28,800 nucleotides of DNA from an uncultured Methanosarcinales archaeon (GCA_964535955.1 CAZHVK010000003.1:124001-152800), one strand, 5' to 3'. Positions 6,804 to 16,648 are shown, numbered from the stretch's first letter. Notes: a model not told the origin generated them from the letters alone. Numbers and translations: made by a program.

Positions 6804-9320
6804 ATGAACTTAAAAAAGTACAAACTAGATTATAAGGAAGTAAGAAAAACATGCAACAAAACTAACTTCAAATCTTTAAAAAAACAAAAAAAACTTGAAG
6901 AGATAGTAGGACAGGAAAGAGCAGTAAAATCACTTGATTTTGGCATTAAAATAAATGCTCCAGGCTATAACATCTATGTGGGTGGTGAAGAAGGAACAGG
7001 AAAAAAGACTTTGATAAAATCACTTTTAACAAACCATACTAAAGATATGCAGGTTCCTATTGATCAGTGTTTAGTTTATAATTTTAAAAATCACAGAAAT
7101 CCTAATGTAATTGAATTAGAATCAGGGAAAGGAAACGAATTCAAAAGTGACATTGAATTATTAATAGAACATCTAAACAAATCCTTACCATCTTTATACA
7201 CACAGCAACAGAACTTAGGATTAATACAAGCTGTTAAAGAGGTAGCATATAATAATGAAAGAAAATTAAAAAATGAATACAATAAAAAGTTAGGAGAATT
7301 AGGTTATGGCATATTAATTGAAGATGGGCATATTGGTTTAAAACCAGTAGATCATGATCAAGAATCAATAATTAATTTTATTCATGCACAAAAGACATTA
7401 TTTAAAGCACTTAACTCACAACTTAATGAATTAGGTTTAATTTTAGTTGAAGATGGTCTTGGTCATTATATTGACAAAAAAGATTCTACAATCTCTGATG
7501 AAAATTTTGTTGAAGGACAAGAACTTTTAGAAAAATACCAGGAATCTTCAGAAATATTAGCAAAAGGTTTTGTTGAAGATAGTCTTGATAAAAATAATAA
7601 TTCACAACAATTTAAAGTAGCAAAACAATTAGTAAGGGAATACACACAAAAACAATCAGAGATAATTAAAAAGTATAAAGAAAAAGTAATTCTAGCTAAA
7701 AAATTAGTTGCTGATAGGTATTTATCAGGTTTTGTTACAAATTTAAGCAAAAAGTATGAAAATAATAAGATCTCAAATTATTTATTAGATTTTAAAGAAA
7801 GTTTACTTAAGAATTTGGGATTCTTTTTGTTAAACGAAGAAAAAAAACAAGAACATTCCTATTTCCTAGATAAATACAAGATTAATGTTATAGTTGATAA
7901 TTCAAAAACAAAAGGTGCCCCAATAATATTTGAACCAGATCCAACATATGAAAATCTTTTTGGAAGCATTGAAAGGATAATGTCACTTTCAAGCGGAAGC
8001 AAGGGAAATAATTCTCATCTTAAGGTAAATATTGGTTCATTTTGCAAAGCTAATGGTGGTTATATTATTATAGATGCATGGAAGGCTTTACAAAATAGGA
8101 ATGTCTGGGAATCATTAGTTTGTGCTTTAGAAAACAAGTGTGTACGAATTCATGATGGAAATGAATTTTATTCTTCAACTATCAAAACAAAATCTATAAA
8201 AGCAGACACAAAAGTAGTACTTGTTGGTGGAAGGTATTTAAAGTATTTAATGCAACACTATTTGCCAGAATTTAATCATTTATTCAAAGTCAAAGCAGAT
8301 TTTTCATCAGAAATGAATTATTCTGAGGAAAATGTGAATAAATATTATAGTTTTATACATAACCTTTGTGATAAAGAATCATTGCTTCATCTGAATGAGA
8401 AAGCAGTTTCAGCAGTTGTTGAATATGGTATGAGATTAGTAGACAGCCAAAAAAAGCAGTCAACAAATTTTGGAAAAATAGCAGATTTAATTAGAGAAGC
8501 AGATTATTGGACAAGGTTGGATAATAAAAAAACAATAACACAAGATTATATTGAAAAAGCACAATCAGAAAAAATATTTAGATCAAGAATAATCGAAGAA
8601 AAAATCCATGAATATATTAATGATGGTATAATCAAGATAAAGACAGATGGAGAGCAAGTAGGACAGATAAATGGATTAGCTGTATATTCATACCCAGACA
8701 ATCCTTTTGGAATTCCAACAAGAATAACAGCAGTGACTTCTGTAGGAAAAAAAGGTTTAATAAATATAGAAGAAAGATGCGAACTTTCAGGAGAAATACT
8801 AAACAAAAGTGCAGAAATAATTTATAGAGGTGTATTAAAAGGAAGATTTGCACAAAACAAAAACATATCATTAGATGCAACTATTTGTTTTGAACAGACA
8901 TATAATGGTGTTGATGGTGATTCAGCATCAATTGCAACATTATGCGCAATATATTCACACCTTTCACAATTACCAATAAATCAACAATTGGCTGTAACAG
9001 GTTCACTTGACCAATTTGGAAATGCACAAGCAATTGGTGGTGTCAATGAAAAGATTGAAGGTTTTTATTATACTTGCAAAGACAAAGGTTTGACAGGAGA
9101 TCAAGGTGTTGTGATTCCAAAAGATAATATCAATGATCTGATGCTAAACAAAGAAGTGACAAATGCAATAAAAAACAAGAAATTTCATATATATGCAGTT
9201 GAAAGCATTGATCAAGCAGCAGAAATTCTTATGAACAAAGATTCAAAAAAAATTTACAACAAGATAAACAACAGATTAATAGAATTATCAGAATATCATA
9301 AAGATCAAGAAGATAAATAA
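6804..9320 (+). CDS. lon: Lon-family S16 protease, LonC-like (AAA-like domain with coiled-coil insert plus Lon_C)
   Basis: IVGQERA, Walker A GEEGTGKK, ANGGYIIIDA, catalytic Ser in VDGDSAS and Lys in GGVNEKIEG. Start moved to ATG 6804 (GAGGGA SD). Confidence 0.9.
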   Translation: MNLKKYKLDYKEVRKTCNKTNFKSLKKQKKLEEIVGQERAVKSLDFGIKINAPGYNIYVGGEEGTGKKTLIKSLLTNHTKDMQVPIDQCLVYNFKNHRNPNVIELESGKGNEFKSDIELLIEHLNKSLPSLYTQQQNLGLIQAVKEVAYNNERKLKNEYNKKLGELGYGILIEDGHIGLKPVDHDQESIINFIHAQKTLFKALNSQLNELGLILVEDGLGHYIDKKDSTISDENFVEGQELLEKYQESSEILAKGFVEDSLDKNNNSQQFKVAKQLVREYTQKQSEIIKKYKEKVILAKKLVADRYLSGFVTNLSKKYENNKISNYLLDFKESLLKNLGFFLLNEEKKQEHSYFLDKYKINVIVDNSKTKGAPIIFEPDPTYENLFGSIERIMSLSSGSKGNNSHLKVNIGSFCKANGGYIIIDAWKALQNRNVWESLVCALENKCVRIHDGNEFYSSTIKTKSIKADTKVVLVGGRYLKYLMQHYLPEFNHLFKVKADFSSEMNYSEENVNKYYSFIHNLCDKESLLHLNEKAVSAVVEYGMRLVDSQKKQSTNFGKIADLIREADYWTRLDNKKTITQDYIEKAQSEKIFRSRIIEEKIHEYINDGIIKIKTDGEQVGQINGLAVYSYPDNPFGIPTRITAVTSVGKKGLINIEERCELSGEILNKSAEIIYRGVLKGRFAQNKNISLDATICFEQTYNGVDGDSASIATLCAIYSHLSQLPINQQLAVTGSLDQFGNAQAIGGVNEKIEGFYYTCKDKGLTGDQGVVIPKDNINDLMLNKEVTNAIKNKKFHIYAVESIDQAAEILMNKDSKKIYNKINNRLIELSEYHKDQEDK

Positions 9321-10307
9321 TTACAACAACAAAAACAAACCATAACCCACAAAACAACCAATAGTGATAAATGGCATTGCAGGATAAAACTTATTTTTTC
9401 TAGTATAATAAAACAGATAACCTAGAGCAATTGTTGTACATATAGGAATTATTAAGATCTTAAGAAAACTTATCCAAAAATCAGTAACAATAATATATTT
9501 CATAATTACACCTGCAAACAATAAAGGAAATGCAATATCTCCTCCACCAAGTATTGCACTTGACACTTGTCTAGTTTTTCTTTTTTCAGTCTTTTTGTCC
9601 TTAATCTTTTTCTTATGTTTCATATTTATTTTTACATTTTTACTTATTTTGTTTTTAATTTCTTTACTTTTTTTCACAACTTTGCTGATCTTAACAATCT
9701 TTCCACTCTTCTCATCATATGGTACAAAAAAACCAGCAAAAACCTTTGATTCTGTTTGAAAATTTGCTAATTTAATCATATGTTTTGATTTCCAAACAGC
9801 ATACATATCATAAAAAGATATCAAAATTAATAATATAATCATACTCATTTGATCTAATATAGGAACAAATATCACAGCCAATCCAGCATAAATAAACAGT
9901 TCTGTCAAATTATGTACATAGGTATTTGGTTTAATAATTTTAAAATAACCTAATACTAAAGAAATCAAAAATGCAATGAGGGCACTCATAAAAGTAGCTA
10001 AAGCTACTGTCAAACACATAACAATAGCTAAATAAAACCATGCTTTCCAAAATGACATTAATTTAAATTTAATCAAAATAAGTAATAAACTTGTTCCAAG
10101 CAAAATTCCACCAATAATATAAATCCATGACCATGACTCATCAACTTCAGGTCTTTCAGCACCACCTGGTAATTCAACAAACTCAGCTTTTCCAGTCTCA
10201 GCACTCTTTTCAAAATCAATATTCTGACTAATAATATACAAACCCAATATTTGTGAAACTAAGAAAAATATGATTAAGATTGTTGTTAGTTTGATAGGAT
10301 GTTTCAT
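9321..10307 (-). CDS. Presenilin/signal peptide peptidase family (GxGD) intramembrane aspartyl protease
   Basis: Multi-TM protein with FYDMYAVW, LGGGD and YPAMPF (PAL-like) motifs. Confidence 0.93.
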   Translation of the reverse strand: MKHPIKLTTILIIFFLVSQILGLYIISQNIDFEKSAETGKAEFVELPGGAERPEVDESWSWIYIIGGILLGTSLLLILIKFKLMSFWKAWFYLAIVMCLTVALATFMSALIAFLISLVLGYFKIIKPNTYVHNLTELFIYAGLAVIFVPILDQMSMIILLILISFYDMYAVWKSKHMIKLANFQTESKVFAGFFVPYDEKSGKIVKISKVVKKSKEIKNKISKNVKINMKHKKKIKDKKTEKRKTRQVSSAILGGGDIAFPLLFAGVIMKYIIVTDFWISFLKILIIPICTTIALGYLFYYTRKNKFYPAMPFITIGCFVGYGLFLLL

Positions 10308-10383
10308 ATATATTATTTTTAGAAAGATAGTATATAAATGTTATGAAAAAAATAAATAAAAAAATAAAAGAAAAAAAAGATGC

Positions 10384-11460
10384 TTATACATCCTTTAGTC
10401 CAGTAGTTTCAAGATAAAAATTACATTCACCATCAGGCATATTAGGAGAATCAATCAACTTAGCAACCCTGCTCCCTTTTTTACCTTTTGTCAGATAAAT
10501 CCTAAATGTTGATGCGTGCGCAACTATATTTCCACCAACAGCTTTTGTTGGATCACCAAAAAACTGTGCAGGATCTGATTGTACTTGGTTTGTTAAATAA
10601 ACACAAACATTACTCATGTCAGCTAACTTAAGCAGAACATGCATATGTTTATTCAACTTTTGTTGCCTTTCAGCTAAAGTTCCACGTCCGATAAACTCTG
10701 CTCTAAAATGTGCTGTTAATGAATCAACTATAACTAATTTAACATTCAATTCTTGTTTTTTAACCAAATCTTCAATCTTTTCAGCTAACAACATCTGATG
10801 ATCTGAGTTATAAGCTCTTGCAACTCTAATATTCTTAAGAACTTTTTCAGGATCAAGTCCAAGTCCAGCAGAAATTTCTTTTATTCTTTCTGGTCTGAAT
10901 GTATTTTCTGTATCAATGTAGACAGTTACAGGATTTTCTTCATCAAGAAGTTGTGTTGTTACAGCTAAAATATGCGCAATTTGTGTTTTTCCTGAACCAA
11001 ATTCTCCAAAACATTCTGTAATTGCTCCTGTTTCAAATCCACCACCAACCAATTTATTAAAATTTTCTGAACTAGTTGATATTTTTCTTACAAGTAGTCT
11101 TTTCTTAAGCATATCTTCACCACTTTTGAAACCCATGTCACAATTATTTCTTGATGCATTTATTACTTTTCTTGCTGCTGTTTCAGTCATTCCTGTAGCT
11201 CCTACTAATTCTCCTGGTGTTGCAACAGCTACAGCTATTACATCACTAAATCCAGCATCTTTTAATTTTTCAATTGTTGCTGGACCTACTCCTGGTAAGT
11301 CATTTAGTGTAAACTCTTTTTTTATTTCTTCTTTTTTTATTTTTTCTTCATTCATTGTCTTTTTTACATACTTTTTGTATGTTTTTACAATCCTTTTACT
11401 TTTGTCTTTGATCATCTGCTCAGGCAGAATTTCGTCTGATTTTATTGTTTTAGATATCAT
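10384..11460 (-). CDS. radA: DNA repair and recombination protein RadA
   Basis: HhH LPGVGP, GFKSG polymerisation motif, Walker A GEFGSGKTQ, YIDTENTFRPER, VDSLTAHFRAE. Start at 11460 has GAGGTGA SD. Confidence 0.97.
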   Translation of the reverse strand: MISKTIKSDEILPEQMIKDKSKRIVKTYKKYVKKTMNEEKIKKEEIKKEFTLNDLPGVGPATIEKLKDAGFSDVIAVAVATPGELVGATGMTETAARKVINASRNNCDMGFKSGEDMLKKRLLVRKISTSSENFNKLVGGGFETGAITECFGEFGSGKTQIAHILAVTTQLLDEENPVTVYIDTENTFRPERIKEISAGLGLDPEKVLKNIRVARAYNSDHQMLLAEKIEDLVKKQELNVKLVIVDSLTAHFRAEFIGRGTLAERQQKLNKHMHVLLKLADMSNVCVYLTNQVQSDPAQFFGDPTKAVGGNIVAHASTFRIYLTKGKKGSRVAKLIDSPNMPDGECNFYLETTGLKDV

Positions 11461-11538
11461 AAATATCACCTCATATATATTTTTTATTGTTGTGGATAAT
11501 GAAACTGCTGCCACTAAACAGTCTCATTACACCTGCTA

Positions 11539-11808
11539 TTAAGCAGCAGCGTCTTCTCCAATCCCTTTTAGAGTTAGGTATTCAAACGCTTTGCTAAGAA
11601 CAACAACAGCTTTAGGTAAATCATTAATCCTAAGAGAATTAGTTGACTTCCATTCGCCTTGCTTATCCTTATATCTTCTGTCAAAACTTACAGTTCTGTA
11701 TTCTGTAGCTTCTCCAGTTGTCTTACTTTGGCCTATATTTCGCCACACAGTTACATTTATTGCACCTGTGCTAAACCTTTTTTCAGGTAAATTAGGTAGT
11801 TCTTCCAT
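11539..11808 (-). CDS. Conserved small protein, putative ssDNA-binding (PC4/Whirly-like fold, inferred)
   Basis: PEKRFSTGAINVTVWRN...RRYKDKQGEWKSTNSL..NDLPK suggests beta strands plus a C-terminal helix. GGAGGTGA SD; directly upstream of radA. Function is inference. Confidence 0.65.
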   Translation of the reverse strand: MEELPNLPEKRFSTGAINVTVWRNIGQSKTTGEATEYRTVSFDRRYKDKQGEWKSTNSLRINDLPKAVVVLSKAFEYLTLKGIGEDAAA

Positions 11809-11897
11809 AGAACTCACCTCCATTGCTTTCGCATTTTATTTCATCATCTCCTTGATTATGCACACACTTTTTTGTAAATGGTACCAGAGATGGGAGG

Positions 11898-11913
11898 GCA
11901 TCATCGATGATGC
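11898..11913. promoter_or_regulatory. Perfect 16-bp palindrome GCATCATCGATGATGC
   Basis: Directly visible, next to the TA-rich promoter-like tract (11914-11946) of the radA unit. Confidence 0.5.
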
Positions 11914-11957
11914 TTATAATATATATAAGTAAAGACCCTTTATAAGTCTCACACGCA

Positions 11958-12053
11958 CATGTCCAGTGACCACTGAGAATGAGCTAAGAGCTTGTATCTT
12001 AAGAAATCAAGCATTTAAGGTCAGTGGACATGGTTTTTCAGAGTGTCCACTGA
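11958..12053. repeat. Cluster of TGTCCACTGA-like inverted/direct repeats
   Basis: CATGTCCAGTGA 11958-11969, CCACTGA 11970-11976, TCAGTGGACATG 12021-12032 and TGTCCACTGA 12044-12053. Confidence 0.7.
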
Positions 12054-12135
12054 TAGAGCGGAAAACATGGATATTTAACTAATTATTAACTACAATAAAT
12101 AAATATTTTTATACTATTACAAAAATCCTATTACT

Positions 12136-12441
12136 ATGACAGAAGAATACACTAATAAAGAGAAATTAAAAACAGCTCAGCAATTATATGAAGAATCTAA
12201 AGATACAAGTGGTTATCTTAAATATTTTAAACAATATGTCTCAAAAGATAAATTTATTTCTATACGTTACATTAAAAAAACATTACCAAAAGATTTTGAA
12301 CAAGGTTCATTGTCAGATTTAATTGAAAAATTATTAGAATCAGGAATAAGTGTTGTGGATAAAGAATTAAGAAGAAAAGCAAGAGCTAGGGAAGTACAAC
12401 AGGAGATGAAAATGAGATCAAGAAAACATTTCAACTTCTAA
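12136..12441 (+). CDS. Hypothetical protein
   Basis: 101-aa ORF with typical composition, filling the gap and converging on the next gene. Confidence 0.7.
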   Translation: MTEEYTNKEKLKTAQQLYEESKDTSGYLKYFKQYVSKDKFISIRYIKKTLPKDFEQGSLSDLIEKLLESGISVVDKELRRKARAREVQQEMKMRSRKHFNF

Positions 12442-12444
12442 ATA

Positions 12445-12894
12445 TCAAAACAATATAACCACAACAACCATAATCAAAACAATATTCAAAAACATTTCCA
12501 GAAACCCTCCTGTTTTCATAAACCCACTAATTTTTAATTTAGATATAGGATAAAAATAATTAATTCCAGCATAGTTCAAACTATCAATCAACAAATGTGA
12601 TAAGTAACCAATTAATAAAGCAGCACCATAATCAAATCCATAAAAAAAATAAATAACTAAAAACAAAATAAAAGGAATAACCAATGAATGAAACACACCT
12701 CTATGTTTAAACACAAAACCAAGAATTTTAGTAAGTTTCAATTTCTGATTTATAAAAGAATTAAATGAATCAATATCAGGAACCAAAGCACCAAACAATA
12801 CTAAAGAAAAATAAACATATTTATCAATTCCTACATATTTATAAGTCAACAAACCAATCAAGAATCCAAATATTAAGTGAGTATAGAATAACAA
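12445..12894 (-). CDS. Membrane-bound metal-dependent hydrolase (YdjM family)
   Basis: YTH, PDID, HRGVFHS and SHLLID motifs in a hydrophobic protein. Confidence 0.9.
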   Translation of the reverse strand: MLFYTHLIFGFLIGLLTYKYVGIDKYVYFSLVLFGALVPDIDSFNSFINQKLKLTKILGFVFKHRGVFHSLVIPFILFLVIYFFYGFDYGAALLIGYLSHLLIDSLNYAGINYFYPISKLKISGFMKTGGFLEMFLNIVLIMVVVVILF

Positions 12895-12903
12895 CTATAC
12901 CAC

Positions 12904-13905
12904 CTATTGTAATTTCTCAATCTCTTTATCTAAATCTTTGATTTCTTTATCAAGATTGACATTAGTAAAAACAAGACTTGCATTAAATTCTAACCTGTCA
13001 AACATATCATTTTTCTTAGCACGGCCAATAAATTTAGAAATTGTTCCTAATAATTTATTCTTTTCATCAATAAAAGCATTAGGATCATCTTTATACATAA
13101 GCATTTTATTCTCATCGATTTCTAATAATTTCAAAGCTTGGTTTCTAAAGCAAGTAACACGAATAGTTTCGCTTCCATCATCTAGGTGTAAGTTCACAAG
13201 ATAACCATAATTTGGTTGTACAGATCCATGTGTTGGGCACATATAATTGCCTTCAGTAAATTTAGACCTTTTACTACATTGAGGACAAATTTCATAAAAT
13301 CTAGGGTCATAAACCTGTACAATAGTACCTAATAATTCAATATTTTGATCACCATCTTGAAGATCAACAATCTTTTTTTTATTAGATGTAAATGTTTTAA
13401 CTTCTCCAACACTTTCTCCTTCTGGATTTACAATAACTTGAGAATTATCATTTAAATGAATTTCAACACGATTATTATTTTCTTTTGCATAGCCTGATTT
13501 TATTTTAACAACATCACCTTCTTTAAATTTTTTTAGATGTTCAGTCATAGCATGCCATGCAGTAACTCTTACACTACCTGTTTCATCAGCAATTATAAAT
13601 GAACCTACTTTTCCTTTATGGTCTCCTGTATCAAATTCATTAATATTAAAAACTCTTTGCACTTTCCCAACTGTTTCTACATTTCTCATTCCAGCTAAAA
13701 TATTCTTTATTTGTAATTTACCACTAATTTCTTCAAATAGTTTCACACCTAATTTATTTGCAATTATATGTGCAGCACCTTCTTTTGAGATATATCCAGC
13801 TAATGCTTGCATTTTCTCATCAATCATTTTATTAATTTCTTCTATAGAAAGATTAGTTTTACCTTTTATTTTATCAATAATTTCATTTATTGGCATTTTT
13901 ATCAT
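12904..13905 (-). CDS. rpa: Replication protein A (OB folds plus zinc finger)
   Basis: IADETGSVRVTAW and LDDGSETIRVTCF OB motifs; CPQC...CPTH zinc finger. Confidence 0.92.
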   Translation of the reverse strand: MIKMPINEIIDKIKGKTNLSIEEINKMIDEKMQALAGYISKEGAAHIIANKLGVKLFEEISGKLQIKNILAGMRNVETVGKVQRVFNINEFDTGDHKGKVGSFIIADETGSVRVTAWHAMTEHLKKFKEGDVVKIKSGYAKENNNRVEIHLNDNSQVIVNPEGESVGEVKTFTSNKKKIVDLQDGDQNIELLGTIVQVYDPRFYEICPQCSKRSKFTEGNYMCPTHGSVQPNYGYLVNLHLDDGSETIRVTCFRNQALKLLEIDENKMLMYKDDPNAFIDEKNKLLGTISKFIGRAKKNDMFDRLEFNASLVFTNVNLDKEIKDLDKEIEKLQ

Positions 13906-14008
13906 ATTATTTTCACCCCATTTACATAATTAATAATTTATATATATCAGTGTAATTCAATGCAAATTTAATAGCTTTATATAGTTTTCTGTGATAGATT
14001 AGATATAT

Positions 14009-14091
14009 AGCAAACGCAAAAAATAGTAAAATCTGATTATTGCGTTTGCTTATTACGAAAAGCAAACAAATGTTCAATAATTATTTGCTTT
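14009..14091. repeat. Two adjacent AGCAAA-based inverted repeats (possible terminator or operator)
   Basis: AGCAAACGCAA 14009-14019 / TTGCGTTTGCT 14040-14050 and AAAGCAAA 14059-14066 / TTTGCTTT 14084-14091. Confidence 0.7.
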
Positions 14092-14104
14092 GAGTATAAA
14101 AGAA

Positions 14105-16003
14105 TTATGATACTACAATAGATTCAATTTGTCCTTCTACAATCTCTAATTTATTCTCAAACAAATCTTCAGCAATAATAGTATATTTATGTACTCCTGT
14201 TGGTAAAGGGCCATCTAAATAAGAATTTTCATTTTTATTAGCAGAATATATTCTCACATCATTTCTATAGATATGATATTTTTCAACATCTTTTATTTGT
14301 TTTTCTTCTAAATTATTCCAATTAATTCTAACTTGTTTTTCAATGGCTGTTAACTTGAATTCAACTTTAGGTGGAGCAGTATTATCAGGTATAAATAATG
14401 CAAAATAAATATTTGGTTTTTCACCAAACGCAAATTGTGTATTTGTATTATAGCAAAGATTAATTTTTCTATGCTTGTAAAAGTCATCAGAAATATCATT
14501 GACATTATCATTATTATCATTATCACCACTATTACATATTCCTATTTCTATCCTGTCACCAAACTCACCCTTACTAATATCTTCAACACATTTCTTAATA
14601 TCTTTTTGATCAACATCACAATCCAAAACAATCTTTTTAGAAAATTCAACACTTTTTCTATAATCATCAAAATCATAATCAATTATTATATTAAATGAAG
14701 GTTTTATTGAATATTCACCTATTTCTACAACAGTTTCTGAACTTTGTGATCCTATATTTTCAGTAATTTCAGTATATCCTGCTCTACCTATAGGATCTTC
14801 ACCAACAAGATCACCATATTCACCAAATTCATTTCCACCAATCTCCATCAACATTAATCTAACACATTCATCAGCAAGCCTAGTAGATTTTTTTGATATT
14901 TTTCCTTTATATTTACTTTTACAGCTTCCAGAATCAGATGTTAATGCTTCTACTATATCATTTGAAAAATAACAAAGCGGGCTCACACCTTTGTTTTTCG
15001 AAACTAAATCATCTATTTGTTTAGAAATCTTGAAAACAAGACCAAGATCATATATTATCTCTCCAGTACCACCAATAAGACCAACAGGATCACCCTCACT
15101 TATCTCTTTTCCTTGAGAAATTCCTTCAGAAACTTTAGAAAGGTGTGCATATAATGTAAAAAGATCCACATCGTGTTTGATCACAACATAATTACCATAC
15201 AAAGAAGAACACGTTCTTCCTTGCACACATTTTTTTTCTATTCTATCAACAACCCCATTTGCAACAGATTTCACTTCTGTATCAATATTTGCACTTATTT
15301 CTATTCCATTATTTTGCATTCCTTGTTGTCCATAAGAACCAAAACAAGAAGCAAGATTTTTACTGCTTGGCACAGGCCATGTCTTAAATGTTGTTTTTTC
15401 ATTTTTTATTTCATCTAATCCAATCTTTTCTTTTTTCACACCACCTTTTAAATCAATAACAATTGAATTTATTGCATCACCCTTTATTTTTAATTTTTTA
15501 TTTTTTTTATCATAAAAATCCTTTTTTTCTTCTTCTTTAATTTCTATTTTATGATTATTCAATTCAAACTCATTTTTTTCTAAATATTTATTTAGATTAG
15601 GAATATAGTAATCATTAAAATTACCAATAAATATACTCTTTTCATCAAAAGGATAACATTCCATAGTTTTGTGCTGATCATTTTCATCTATCTTTGTCCA
15701 CATATTTATATCCTGAAAATTACCGCATTCAGAATTCTTTAAACCACCCTTCTTATTCATTTCTAAAATACCTTTATAACCTGCATATTCACCTGATTTA
15801 TCAATATTATAAAGTATATTTTCACCTGTTTGGTAAGTTTTTATAAGATTAATTTGTCTTTCACCTACTTTTTTATCAAGTTTACCTTCTTTATTATTGA
15901 TGATGACTAATGCTGAGATCAGAGCAGCTACCACTATCAAGACTATCACTATGTTATAGATCAATGCTTTTTTGTTTTTGTTTCTTACTTTTCTTATATT
16001 CAT
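14105..16003 (-). CDS. Class III signal peptide protein with degenerate M23/LytM domain and C-terminal Fn3-like domain
   Basis: KNKKA plus hydrophobic helix; WPV...GIEI...VKSVANGVV...YGNYVVIKH...TLYAHLS...VGLIGGTG; C-terminal DNTAPP...INW...YHIYRN...YTIIAED. Confidence 0.85.
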   Translation of the reverse strand: MNIRKVRNKNKKALIYNIVIVLIVVAALISALVIINNKEGKLDKKVGERQINLIKTYQTGENILYNIDKSGEYAGYKGILEMNKKGGLKNSECGNFQDINMWTKIDENDQHKTMECYPFDEKSIFIGNFNDYYIPNLNKYLEKNEFELNNHKIEIKEEEKKDFYDKKNKKLKIKGDAINSIVIDLKGGVKKEKIGLDEIKNEKTTFKTWPVPSSKNLASCFGSYGQQGMQNNGIEISANIDTEVKSVANGVVDRIEKKCVQGRTCSSLYGNYVVIKHDVDLFTLYAHLSKVSEGISQGKEISEGDPVGLIGGTGEIIYDLGLVFKISKQIDDLVSKNKGVSPLCYFSNDIVEALTSDSGSCKSKYKGKISKKSTRLADECVRLMLMEIGGNEFGEYGDLVGEDPIGRAGYTEITENIGSQSSETVVEIGEYSIKPSFNIIIDYDFDDYRKSVEFSKKIVLDCDVDQKDIKKCVEDISKGEFGDRIEIGICNSGDNDNNDNVNDISDDFYKHRKINLCYNTNTQFAFGEKPNIYFALFIPDNTAPPKVEFKLTAIEKQVRINWNNLEEKQIKDVEKYHIYRNDVRIYSANKNENSYLDGPLPTGVHKYTIIAEDLFENKLEIVEGQIESIVVS

Positions 16004-16632
16004 TTTTTACAAATCCACACAATAACTTTCTTATCAGACAATGATTTGTCATATAAATCTAATACTTGACCTAAACATTTACTTCCAGGCACATTTAAAG
16101 GTTTGATAATACTTATATCTACATCAATAGGCATCTTTATGCCGTCTATTATAAGGTGAAAATCTTTATCATCTTTTGACTTTATTTTCTTGATTTCTTC
16201 ATTAGAAAAACGACTAACTCTTAGCCATATATTATGATCTTCATCATCTTGTTTTTTTTCAAACATTTTATTAACAATATTTTTTAAAAATTCACATTTT
16301 TCATTATTTCTTAAATAATTATCAATAGAATGATCAGCACACCTGTATGTTTTTTTTTCATTATTTTCTTGATCAATTATTTCTTCCTCTAGCATGACCA
16401 CCATATCATGCATTGTCATGCTTGTTTCTTCATAAACAATAGGTGTTTTTAGAAAACCTAACAAGATATTATTTCCTTCAATCTCCTCAACCTCAGAACC
16501 AATAACATCTTCTTTTAGTTCTGCTTTTATTGTAAATATCAAAAAAAACACAATCACAACTAAAACAAAAGCCAGGTATGAATAAAAATCTACCAATGGT
16601 CCGCCTATTGTAGCTTTTTTACTCTTTCTCAT
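16000..16632 (-). CDS. Class III signal peptide (pilin-like) protein
   Basis: MRKSKKA-TIGGPLVDFYSYLAFVLVVIVFF; AGGAG SD supports start 16632. Confidence 0.75.
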   Translation of the reverse strand: MRKSKKATIGGPLVDFYSYLAFVLVVIVFFLIFTIKAELKEDVIGSEVEEIEGNNILLGFLKTPIVYEETSMTMHDMVVMLEEEIIDQENNEKKTYRCADHSIDNYLRNNEKCEFLKNIVNKMFEKKQDDEDHNIWLRVSRFSNEEIKKIKSKDDKDFHLIIDGIKMPIDVDISIIKPLNVPGSKCLGQVLDLYDKSLSDKKVIVWICKK

Positions 16633-16648
16633 TCTCCTACACATTAGT

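Noticed and set aside
9321..10307. Prepilin peptidase for the pilin array
   Set aside because: It is a GxGD protease, but the YD and PAL-like motifs mark the presenilin/SPP family, not PibD/FlaK.
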